Source of the DNA: a virus
IMG/VR virus record: IMGVR_UViG_3300045988_180675
Coordinates: 96,001 to 160,000 of that record
Length of the DNA: 64,000 nucleotides
Reading direction: 5' to 3' (one strand)
Shown here: one piece after another, positions 26,211-34,645 of the stretch
Layout of the letters: every line of letters begins with the position of its first letter
Numbering within the stretch: the stretch's first letter is position 1
Notes under the pieces: generated by a model
Seen by the model: only the letters and a program-made list of their open reading frames with translations
Told to the model about the DNA's origin: nothing
Database searches by the model: none
Translations under genes and position numbers: made by a program

Positions 26211-27377
26211 TTACTGAGCTTGCTGTCTTAATGAGCGACTCACCTTTTCATATAGATACATGTAGTATCCTCTTGCATTCGAATAATCAAAGCTAAGAGA
26301 CTTATCATTTTGGTTTCCATCGATTACAACCAAGCCTTCAATGCCTGATAAAGTTTGTCTAATAGTATCAGCCCATGCTGCACTTGTTCCGCCTGTAATG
26401 ACAAAATAGTTGAACTCATATAGCTCGTACATTCTGCCAATTCTATCTAACGCTGCATGACAAACTTTTTCACTTTCACGCTGCAAGATTTCCTTGATAG
26501 GTATATGTCCACTGCTGAATCGACTATGCTTGATAACAGTTCCTGTTTCTAAGCACTTCTGGATGGCAATAGGTGATACTTCAACACCATGATTTCTTTG
26601 GATCTCAGCACGCACATTTGCCAGCACTTGTTTCATTGCGAATTCTGGGAATGTCTGCTTATCAACAACTCTATTGTTCTTGATAATAAACATATCTAAA
26701 GTTCCGTGTCCGCCATCAAAGATGATCAAGTTTCTGTTGAAGTAAAAACCAGATTCAGGAATTGCCTTATGGTTGTTCCCCATTGCAATTGACATTAGTG
26801 TACCCATTGGCTGTTCCATAACGTCAACGTTTTCCTTGCCAATCACGATATCATATTCAACTGGCTCATCTGCACCGATCTTCAATGCAAAGTGATGTCT
26901 TCCTGCAAAAGCATTTTTAAGATATGGACTATCTTGTTCTAAATACGCTGATGGTAGACCAGTTTCGATCCAAATCTTTTTTCCAATGTAATTTCCATAT
27001 TGGTTTTGACTGCAAGCAATACCGATTGCCACATCAACTAATACCAAGAACATCGGATCATCATAACGTTCACGCCCATACAGTGTGTTATCTGAATGTG
27101 ATGTATCGCCCTGCTTAATATTGTTTAATGCTGATTCACCAACGATCCAACGCTCACCTGTTTCTAAATTCTTATAAATAATAGAATAAGGAGCTGGCGT
27201 ACCGATTGTTTTAGAATCATCCATCTCAGCAAAAGCTGGGAAAATAGCGTTCTTATTTGGGGAAACTACTTTAACAGCAGAGTATCCGATATCAATTCCG
27301 CAAACCCAATTACCACTAGGGCTACCATTTGGTCTGTCGGCAAAATTTGTTTTAATTTTGTAATCTCTTGTTTCCAT
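26211..27377 (-). CDS. ParM/Alp-family actin-like segregation ATPase
   Basis: 388 aa. Phosphate-1 GIDIGYSAVKV, phosphate-2 IIFDGGHGTLDM, adenosine motif FVITGGTSA. Confidence 0.75.
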   Translation of the reverse strand: METRDYKIKTNFADRPNGSPSGNWVCGIDIGYSAVKVVSPNKNAIFPAFAEMDDSKTIGTPAPYSIIYKNLETGERWIVGESALNNIKQGDTSHSDNTLYGRERYDDPMFLVLVDVAIGIACSQNQYGNYIGKKIWIETGLPSAYLEQDSPYLKNAFAGRHHFALKIGADEPVEYDIVIGKENVDVMEQPMGTLMSIAMGNNHKAIPESGFYFNRNLIIFDGGHGTLDMFIIKNNRVVDKQTFPEFAMKQVLANVRAEIQRNHGVEVSPIAIQKCLETGTVIKHSRFSSGHIPIKEILQRESEKVCHAALDRIGRMYELYEFNYFVITGGTSAAWADTIRQTLSGIEGLVVIDGNQNDKSLSFDYSNARGYYMYLYEKVSRSLRQQAQ

Positions 27378-27395
27378 TTTATTTCCTTTCTTATT

Positions 27396-27908
27396 TTAGA
27401 ATGGTAATGCAAACACTACCTTTTCTTCGATTTCATCTATTGTAATTGGTCCGATCTTTCTGCTGTCATAAGAATTGTTTCGGTTATCTCCAAGAACGAA
27501 ATATTCATTTTCTTTTAAGGTGTAACCATCTTCATATTCTCCCATATCAAGCATTGCTTCTAAACTTCTGTTTTCTCGATTGTTATTCCTGTAAGCATAT
27601 CCATTTTGAAGTTTTATCTCCTCTTCTGGTAATGCCACAACTCGCTTGATAATTTTGTGGGATTTCCCATCCTTTTCTTCGAAAGAATGGTCTTTCATCT
27701 TGTCGGCTGGAACCCTGAATACCACAACATCGTTTTCGTCAATATCCTTTTCTGAAGTGACGACTCTTGTAATAAGGATTGTTCCGTTTTTATAGGTAGG
27801 AGACATTGAATCTCCCACCACACGGACCGTTCTAAATCCAGCTAACCGAAAGCCAAATGCAATAGCTAAGCCAACTAGAATACTTGTTAAATATGGATGC
27901 TTCTTCAT
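27396..27908 (-). CDS. type I signal peptidase (S26 family)
   Basis: 170 aa. N-terminal TM, catalytic-Ser box GDSMSPTY, Lys box KRVVALPEE, box E YFVLGDNRNNSYDSR. Confidence 0.85.
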   Translation of the reverse strand: MKKHPYLTSILVGLAIAFGFRLAGFRTVRVVGDSMSPTYKNGTILITRVVTSEKDIDENDVVVFRVPADKMKDHSFEEKDGKSHKIIKRVVALPEEEIKLQNGYAYRNNNRENRSLEAMLDMGEYEDGYTLKENEYFVLGDNRNNSYDSRKIGPITIDEIEEKVVFALPF

Positions 27909-27909
27909 G

Positions 27910-28314
27910 TTACGACATCATACCCCCATCCTCAGATTCTTTTGGAGAAACTATTTCGCCCTTTCTGATTTTATTGAGCATCTCGAATGTTGCCTGCTCA
28001 TAGTGGCTTGCATAGACACCTAGAAGAACATTGTTGATGGAAGATAGGTATTGAATCATATTGGCAAATCCACCTTCAAATACAAGATCTACTTCCTGTG
28101 TTTCTTCATCGTCCATATCATAAACGCTATAGTCCGTTGGAGAATCTTTAATAATGATGATTTGCCTCATCAATGTATCTTCTCCATCAAGATCTTCTAC
28201 CCAAAGACTCAGCGTAAGAGAATTTTCTTCTGCTTCTTCTATGTTTTCTTCAACTTCAAGCATTGATAAAGCACGTAAAATCAACGCTTCTTCAAGTTCA
28301 CTAAATTTTTCCAT
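27910..28314 (-). CDS. acidic hypothetical protein (134 aa)
   Basis: Start trimmed to the ATG at 28314 (MEKFSELEE), preceded by GGAGGTCAAC. Confidence 0.6.
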   Translation of the reverse strand: MEKFSELEEALILRALSMLEVEENIEEAEENSLTLSLWVEDLDGEDTLMRQIIIIKDSPTDYSVYDMDDEETQEVDLVFEGGFANMIQYLSSINNVLLGVYASHYEQATFEMLNKIRKGEIVSPKESEDGGMMS

Positions 28315-28648
28315 GTTGACCTCCGTTACTAGGAATATTGACATTGCCAAATGGGCGAATATTTAACTCTTTTTCGATAGATTCACGAACGGAATCTGAG
28401 TCACTCTTCTTTGTTTTACGAAGATATTCGCCTTCGTTCTTTTCGTTGAGAAGTGCTACATATTTCTTCTTCAATTCTTCGACAGTTTGGATGTATTCTA
28501 CTAGATCTCCGATTTCGCATTCGATTACAACTCTGTCATTTGGACAGTATCGTTTCATATCGTAATCATCTAGCTTCTTACCATCTTGTTCACTTCTTTC
28601 TTTTCTTGTTTCCATAAAACCAATAATTTCTAAATTCTTTTCTGACAT
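28301..28648 (-). CDS. hypothetical protein (115 aa)
   Basis: ORF with an AGGAGAAAATAAA SD. Confidence 0.6.
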   Translation of the reverse strand: MSEKNLEIIGFMETRKERSEQDGKKLDDYDMKRYCPNDRVVIECEIGDLVEYIQTVEELKKKYVALLNEKNEGEYLRKTKKSDSDSVRESIEKELNIRPFGNVNIPSNGGQHGKI

Positions 28649-28665
28649 TTTATTTTCTCCTATTC

Positions 28666-28962
28666 TTATTTTTGATATATTCCAACAACAATCTTAAATG
28701 GTGTATGCTCTAAGATCTTGCAATGGTAAACATCTCCAAACCCCATTCGTGAGTTCGTTAGGTTCGACTCTACACCTTCGTTAAAATCTGACTCCAAGAT
28801 AAATGCGATCACTCTTTTGATTTCATTTGCATACTTCTGGGGAAATGTTAGCTCTGGGCAAACATAATCCCCATTTGTATCTTCGTGCATTTTTGAAATC
28901 GACTTACCTTGTGAATCCATACTGTGAAACTTGATTTTTTGATCCAAATTGGTTATCGACAT
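28666..28962 (-). CDS. hypothetical protein (98 aa)
   Basis: ORF 4 nt after the RHH gene stop. Weak SD. Confidence 0.5.
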   Translation of the reverse strand: MSITNLDQKIKFHSMDSQGKSISKMHEDTNGDYVCPELTFPQKYANEIKRVIAFILESDFNEGVESNLTNSRMGFGDVYHCKILEHTPFKIVVGIYQK

Positions 28963-28966
28963 TTGC

Positions 28967-29149
28967 TCACGCTTTCTTCATGTCTTCTTCAACTAAATCG
29001 ACAAAGTATCCGTTTAACGATTTGTTTCGCTTTTCCTTTGCAAACTTTTTGATCTTATCACGTTGCCCTTTTTTTACTGTTAGACAAATACGATCGTATG
29101 TCTTTTTATTGTATTCACGGGCAATCTCTGTTTTATTACTTCTTTTCAT
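28967..29149 (-). CDS. ribbon-helix-helix (CopG/Arc-like) DNA-binding protein
   Basis: 60 aa. RICLTVKKGQRDKIKKFAKEKRNKSLNGYFVDLV matches a strand-helix-helix pattern. First gene behind promoter B5. Confidence 0.6.
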   Translation of the reverse strand: MKRSNKTEIAREYNKKTYDRICLTVKKGQRDKIKKFAKEKRNKSLNGYFVDLVEEDMKKA

Positions 29150-29176
29150 GTTTTTTCTCCTGTACTTCTATCTATT

Positions 29177-29198
29177 ATTATACCATAACAGTATATAT
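29177..29198 (-). promoter_or_regulatory. type-B promoter, copy B5
   Basis: Minus strand: ATATACTGTTATGGTATAAT. SD AGGAGAAAAAAC precedes the ATG. Confidence 0.65.
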
Positions 29199-29210
29199 TT
29201 TGGAAGAGGT

Positions 29211-30221
29211 CTAGTCCTCAATATATTCCTCTATTACAGACTCATCTTCGTCTTCTTCATCTTCTAAATCATAATCAATTGTTAATCGTGTTTTTTGATT
29301 CGCCAAGTCTGTAATTGATTGATTACGAATTTGTCTCTTATACTCTTCCGCTTCTTCATCACTTCGATAATTTCCAATGTATTCTGTTGCGTATGGAACG
29401 ATCTCAGAAGTTCTTTCCTGTGTTTCATAACGCTTTCCACAACCTAGTGGTTCTCCGTTTGCGTCTGTTGCGATGATTGGATTTCCAAAACAATCCTTCA
29501 TTGGTTTACCTTTATCATCTAATTTTTGACCGCAAACGACATGCTTCATGACAGATCTTGATTGTAAAAAGCCATCGACATAGATTTCTGATTTCAGAAA
29601 CAGTCTTTCTCTATCTCTTTTTCCAATGATTCCATACGATTTTACCCACGGATAGTCGGCATGATTGCTTGGATCCTGATCAAAAGACACACGTAATTTT
29701 CGGTTAACTGCCAATTGATATTGTGTAAACCCAAATTTATTATTGATGTGGATTCTACCTGGATCACGTACAAGCAAACCAAAAACCCTTACGATATTGG
29801 AAATATCTCGATGTTCTGCAAGATACTTGCTTGCCTCTTCATTAGTATCAACATGTCCTAACATCTCTACAAAGGTTGGGGCTACAAATAGAACTTGCCC
29901 AATATAACTTGTTGGTCTTCCGCAATCTGGACACACTGTACGTTTTGTTTGTCGCAATGTTCCGATTACACCTTTTAAGCCCACAATGTCACCACGCTTA
30001 GCATCTTTGATTTTATTGATAATATTAGCGTCTCTTGATGCAATACGGACTTCGCTTAGTGATAAGTTTTCCTTATCTTGATTTGATCGAACACTTCTTT
30101 CTTGTTTGGCAACCATAATGGTTCCTGTGCAATATATAGGTGTTTGATCGCTATCGTTTCGATAAACCATGATATCATTTACCATGATTCCTCTTAGCAT
30201 AACTAAATTTTCTTTAGCCAT
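29211..30221 (-). CDS. putative OB-fold/zinc-ribbon ssDNA-binding-like protein with acidic tail (336 aa)
   Basis: N-terminal VMLRGIMVNDIMVY... beta-rich segment, CPDCG and VCGQ...GCGK Cys pairs, C-terminal DYDLEDEEDEDESVIEEYIED tail. The assignment is inferred. Confidence 0.35.
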   Translation of the reverse strand: MAKENLVMLRGIMVNDIMVYRNDSDQTPIYCTGTIMVAKQERSVRSNQDKENLSLSEVRIASRDANIINKIKDAKRGDIVGLKGVIGTLRQTKRTVCPDCGRPTSYIGQVLFVAPTFVEMLGHVDTNEEASKYLAEHRDISNIVRVFGLLVRDPGRIHINNKFGFTQYQLAVNRKLRVSFDQDPSNHADYPWVKSYGIIGKRDRERLFLKSEIYVDGFLQSRSVMKHVVCGQKLDDKGKPMKDCFGNPIIATDANGEPLGCGKRYETQERTSEIVPYATEYIGNYRSDEEAEEYKRQIRNQSITDLANQKTRLTIDYDLEDEEDEDESVIEEYIED

Positions 30222-30245
30222 ATTCTTTTCTCCTTCTGTTACACA

Positions 30246-30285
30246 ATATATTATGCTATATCCGATATAAAATATAGCAGTATTT
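30246..30285 (-). promoter_or_regulatory. type-C promoter, copy C1, with a degenerate B-like box upstream
   Basis: Minus strand: AAATACTGCTATATT...GGATATAGCATAATATATTG (CATAAT at 30250-30255). Confidence 0.45.
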
Positions 30286-30296
30286 AAAAGAAAAAA

Positions 30297-30321
30297 TAAA
30301 AAAAGAGCATTTTTATGCTCT
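30297..30321 (-). terminator. intrinsic terminator after dnaE
   Basis: Hairpin AGAGCAT-TTTT-ATGCTCT (30304-30321), flanked by A and T runs. Confidence 0.8.
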
Positions 30322-30329
30322 TTCTTTTT

Positions 30330-33300
30330 TTAAGACATTTTCGTTACACCACAAATCTCATTTACTTTTGAAGAAACTGTGAATCCTAACTTCTCAGTCT
30401 GCTTTGTTTCTACATTGTAGATATAAACAGTATTGCCAAAGTCTTCTTTCATATTTTCCAATTCTTGCATACTAATTGCATTTGAATGGACTAAATATGT
30501 TCCATTCTTCTTCTTAGCTTCGAAACATTTTTGTAATGTGAATTTGTATTCAGCATCTAATGCCTCTCCATCTTCATCTGAAGAATTGAAGTCATCTAAA
30601 TCTGTTTTACCAGAAAAGAGTAACACATTTCCTTCTTTAATGAATTGCTTATTTTGTTCGTATGCTTTTTGGAATACATTGACGTTTGCGGTTCCAGTTT
30701 GATCCTGAACAACAATGAATGCCATATCATTTCCAGTCTTCTTGCTCTGTCTAATCTCAACATTTGTAATCAAACCGAAAATCATTGTTGTATTTGCATC
30801 CATATCACTGATCGGAGTAGCAGATAGTTCCTCTGGTCTACCATAATTGTCTAATGGACTTCCTGAAACATAATATCCAAGAACTTCTTTTTCGTCTGCC
30901 AACTTTTCTTCTGTTGTTTCAATTACAGGAGTAATTGTCAATGACTCAAAAGCTGTTCTTAATCCGATAACTGCTTCTTTTGCTCTTTCTAAAGACTTTT
31001 GCAACTTATCTTCTGTTGCTAGTTTCTTTAGTTCAACATGTAATCCGAGTTCCTTTTGCTTTTCAACTAACTCTTCATCACTGCCACATAAACAAAGTTT
31101 AGGTAAAATCTCTGTTACTGTCTGGATGTAAGTTTCTTTCTTTGCAAGTTTTGCATAAGTTGTCTTGAAAGCATCATAACTATCCAACATTGCCTTACGA
31201 CTTACATTGAAATCATCTAATGCTCCCGCCTTGATCAAGTTGATTACCGATGTCTTATCTGCCTTACTACGAGCTATAAAGTCGTGGAAAGAAGTATAAG
31301 GGGCATTTTCAACAATTGCCTTGGCAGCTGACGCAACTTCTTTTACAGATGCTAGACCAAATAGGATCTTGCCATCATGGACTGTGAATTTGCTCTTAGA
31401 GTAATTTACATTTGGTGGTAACACCTTTACACCGACTTCATGAGCTTCAATCAGAAGTTCTGGAAGTGGGTCCTTGGCTTGCGTTTTTTCAGCCCAGTTC
31501 ATTGCTCCAGCTAAAAATTCGGCTGGATACAATTCTTTAAGATAACCAGAAACATAGCTGTTATAAGCGTATGCTGCGGCATGCGACTTATTAAACGCAT
31601 ACTTAGCGAAGTTAGTCATTTCATCAAACAACTTACTTGCTGCATCATAGTTGATTCCATTTGCAACACATCCACGGATACCTCTATCTGGATCGCCTTC
31701 AATAAAAGCATGACGTTCTAGTTCTAGCTTTTCCATCTTCTTCTTAGACATGTATCGGCGAACCATATCGGCTCCGCCAAGTGTATATCCAGCTAATTTT
31801 TGGAAGATCTGCATAACCTGCTCTTGGTAAGCAATGGCTCCATACGTCTTGCCCAAGATAGGCTCTAGTTCTGGAGTTAGATATTGCACTGGCTTTCTTC
31901 CATGCTTGACATCCATTACGCTATCCAAATATTGCATTGGTCCTGGTCTAAACATTGAAACAAGAATAATCAGATCCTCGAAAGATGATGGTTCAAATCT
32001 CTTCAGCATCTTCTTCATTCCCTTACTTTCAAACTGGAATACAGAGTTAGTATGAGCCTGTGCAAATACCTTCTCAAACGTTTCCTTGTTGTCTAGCGGG
32101 ATTCTATATGGCTCTGGATTGATTCCACGTTCCTTTAATTTCCATTTGCAATCTGTAACGATGTCCAATGTTTTTAATCCTAAGAAGTCGAACTTTAGCA
32201 TTCCGTTTTCTTCAACTTCGATCATATTACATTGGGTCGTGTAGATTCCTAATTTACTGTTGTAACGTAAAGGTACGATTTCTTTTACTGGAGTTCCATC
32301 TGTGATAACAACACCAGCTGCATGAGATCCATATGCTGTACAACAGTTTTCAAAAACCTTAGCCCATTTAATAATCGTATTTGCAGTTTTATCATCTGCA
32401 AACTTCTGAATCAGGTCAGCGTATAATGTGATTTCTGCTCCGTTAGGATCTTGCTTTTCAAGTTTCGTGTTAAACCCTAATCCTGGCTTAGATGGGATTG
32501 CCTTAGCAATCTTGTCGGCTAGTGATAAGAATCTTCCTCGATAACTTTCATCATTGTTCTTATAAGCCAAAAAGAAGCCATAAGAACGTGCTGCTGCACG
32601 AATTGCTCCTCTAGGAGCTTGTGCATTTTGTGTCATGATTCCAACTACGCAATCTTCACCATACTTCTGCTTTACGTATTCGATCGTTCTAGGACGGATC
32701 GTGTTGCTGATATCAGAATCAATATCTGGAAGTGATACACGTTCTGGATTTAAGAAACGTTCAAACAAGAGTTCAAATCTGATCGGATCCAAGTGGGTAA
32801 TGCCTAGTAATTGGCAAACGAGTGATCCTACAGCAGAACCACGTCCAGTTCCATTTGCGATACCGACAGGAGTAGTAAATCCTCTTTCAAGCTTCCAAGC
32901 TCGTAACGCTTCTTTTTCGATCGGAGCGTTTTCGATTTCTTCTGGTGGAATACTATCGTATTCAGCTGCATAGCGATTAAAGTCCTGCACCACCAAATGG
33001 TAATCGACATACCCCATCTTTTTGATGATCTCGATTTCACGATTCAATCTTTCTTGATACTCTGCTGGTAACCCAGCTGGATATAAGCGATTGATTCCAT
33101 CTTGAAGTTCTTTCATGAATACATCATTTGTATACTCTTCTGATTTTCCTTTAAATACCTTTGGAAAGTGATTTGTAATTTTGAAGTCTACATTGCATAT
33201 ACCTGCAATATATAAAGTATTATCAAATGCTTCTTCAATGACATCATCTTCAAAAACATGTGAGAACATAGCTCTCATTTCTGGCGTTGTCTTAATGTAG

Positions 33301-34502
33301 AGTTCTCTGTCTGCATCTTGCAGTGGTTCCCACTTTTCAAATCGTAAACTCTTCATAATCATTCTCTTTAATAATTCCTCGTTGGAGTTTGTTACCGTGT
33401 GTACATCATTTGCGGCAACAAGAGGAATATTCATAGAACGTGCTAGATTTACGATCTTATTGTAGATAACTTTTTCTTCTTGCATTCCATGGTATTGGAT
33501 CTCAGCAAAGAAGTTGTCTTGACCAAAGATGTTGTTAAAAAATTCCATCTCTTTACGAGCTTCTTCTAACATCTCTTCTTCTGTCTTTTTCTTCTTTTCT
33601 AATTCCAATATTTTTTCATTGAATACAGAAGATTTTTCTGCATCTACAGTTTTCTGCTTTAATTCTTTCTTTAAAATAGAGATTCTTGTTCTAAGCTTTT
33701 TGATTTCCTCTGTTAGTACAGGGATCTTTGCTTTGGCATCTTCTACTTCAGCCTTATCACTTTCGATACGTTGACGTTCTGCCTCAGCCATAAGCTCATC
33801 CATAGAAACTAAAATCTTTTCTCGTGCAGAGAACTTGATTTTGGATAATTTCTTCATCTTTTCTAATTCAGACTTCTTTTCTTTTAGTTGTTGATTTAGA
33901 TTGTTGAATTTATCTTCAACGAGAGATAAATTGCTTACATTTGAAGAAATACCTCCTTTTTCCATGGCTCTTCTGATTTTAGCGATTTCTCTTTCTACAA
34001 ACTCATTTGATCGAAAAACCGTTGCGATAACACCACTAATACAAGCTGATGTAGCGATAACGTTGTTATTTCCCAAGAAATACTTGTTGAGAATTTCGTC
34101 ATTCATCAGACAGTATCCGTTTTCACGTTGACCATCTGAAATAGCCATGCTGATCGTCTTCCAACCTTCATCATTTTTAGCATGTAAGATCAGATGCTTT
34201 TCTGGCTCAAGATTATTTTTTTGCATCAGCCCATTCTCTTTGTAGGCTGTGTGCTGGAAATAAGTCTCGATTCCAGGCACAAACTTTAGTCCATACTTCT
34301 TTGCGGCATTTTTAAAATCCCACGTCATAGCAGCCACGCCATGCTGTGTTAAAAATACCGTTTTTCTTCCGATATCACTTAATCTTTTGCAAACATCTTC
34401 GGCTGGATTATCGCAATCAAAAATATCTTTTGAATGCAAATGTGTTTCTTCATAATCTGAGATCTTTTTCATCTCTTCTATTACTTTAATTCTTTCGTTC
34501 AT
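30330..34502 (-). CDS. dnaE: DNA polymerase III alpha subunit, DnaE-type, with a coiled-coil insertion in the PHP domain
   Basis: 1390 aa. PHP motifs THLHS, LTQHG, PGIETY, HLILHAKNDEGW. Core GRGSAVGSLVCQLLGITHLDPIRFELLFERFLNPERVSLPDIDSD. C-terminal OB segment (MIFGLITNVEIRQSKKTGNDMAFIVVQD). Confidence 0.9.
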   Translation of the reverse strand: MNERIKVIEEMKKISDYEETHLHSKDIFDCDNPAEDVCKRLSDIGRKTVFLTQHGVAAMTWDFKNAAKKYGLKFVPGIETYFQHTAYKENGLMQKNNLEPEKHLILHAKNDEGWKTISMAISDGQRENGYCLMNDEILNKYFLGNNNVIATSACISGVIATVFRSNEFVEREIAKIRRAMEKGGISSNVSNLSLVEDKFNNLNQQLKEKKSELEKMKKLSKIKFSAREKILVSMDELMAEAERQRIESDKAEVEDAKAKIPVLTEEIKKLRTRISILKKELKQKTVDAEKSSVFNEKILELEKKKKTEEEMLEEARKEMEFFNNIFGQDNFFAEIQYHGMQEEKVIYNKIVNLARSMNIPLVAANDVHTVTNSNEELLKRMIMKSLRFEKWEPLQDADRELYIKTTPEMRAMFSHVFEDDVIEEAFDNTLYIAGICNVDFKITNHFPKVFKGKSEEYTNDVFMKELQDGINRLYPAGLPAEYQERLNREIEIIKKMGYVDYHLVVQDFNRYAAEYDSIPPEEIENAPIEKEALRAWKLERGFTTPVGIANGTGRGSAVGSLVCQLLGITHLDPIRFELLFERFLNPERVSLPDIDSDISNTIRPRTIEYVKQKYGEDCVVGIMTQNAQAPRGAIRAAARSYGFFLAYKNNDESYRGRFLSLADKIAKAIPSKPGLGFNTKLEKQDPNGAEITLYADLIQKFADDKTANTIIKWAKVFENCCTAYGSHAAGVVITDGTPVKEIVPLRYNSKLGIYTTQCNMIEVEENGMLKFDFLGLKTLDIVTDCKWKLKERGINPEPYRIPLDNKETFEKVFAQAHTNSVFQFESKGMKKMLKRFEPSSFEDLIILVSMFRPGPMQYLDSVMDVKHGRKPVQYLTPELEPILGKTYGAIAYQEQVMQIFQKLAGYTLGGADMVRRYMSKKKMEKLELERHAFIEGDPDRGIRGCVANGINYDAASKLFDEMTNFAKYAFNKSHAAAYAYNSYVSGYLKELYPAEFLAGAMNWAEKTQAKDPLPELLIEAHEVGVKVLPPNVNYSKSKFTVHDGKILFGLASVKEVASAAKAIVENAPYTSFHDFIARSKADKTSVINLIKAGALDDFNVSRKAMLDSYDAFKTTYAKLAKKETYIQTVTEILPKLCLCGSDEELVEKQKELGLHVELKKLATEDKLQKSLERAKEAVIGLRTAFESLTITPVIETTEEKLADEKEVLGYYVSGSPLDNYGRPEELSATPISDMDANTTMIFGLITNVEIRQSKKTGNDMAFIVVQDQTGTANVNVFQKAYEQNKQFIKEGNVLLFSGKTDLDDFNSSDEDGEALDAEYKFTLQKCFEAKKKNGTYLVHSNAISMQELENMKEDFGNTVYIYNVETKQTEKLGFTVSSKVNEICGVTKMS

Positions 34503-34525
34503 ATTTTCCTCCTTTTATTTATTCG

Positions 34526-34564
34526 TTCTCCAACTCATCAAATAAATCAATATTATTATGTTAT
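34526..34564 (-). promoter_or_regulatory. type-A promoter/leader cassette, copy A10 (dnaE)
   Basis: CATAAT (34555-34560), then 18 nt, then TTATTTGATGAGTTGGAGAA. Confidence 0.5.
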
Positions 34565-34574
34565 ATGCTGGGGA

Positions 34575-34617
34575 AAGAAAAAGTGCCTACGGAAGAACGT
34601 TATATTCTTTCGTAAGC
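34575..34617 (-). terminator. intrinsic terminator downstream of the sigma-like gene
   Basis: 13-position stem 34585-34597 / 34605-34617 (one mismatch, one G-U), followed by ACTTTTTCTTT on the minus strand. Confidence 0.7.
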
Positions 34618-34619
34618 AA

Positions 34620-34644
34620 ATTATATCACATATACTGTTATATT
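34620..34644 (-). promoter_or_regulatory. type-B element, copy B6 (inverted box), abutting the sigma stop codon
   Basis: Minus strand: ATATAACAGTATATGTGATATAAT. The -10 lies at 34620-34625, immediately upstream of the terminator hairpin. Confidence 0.5.
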
Positions 34645-34645
34645 T

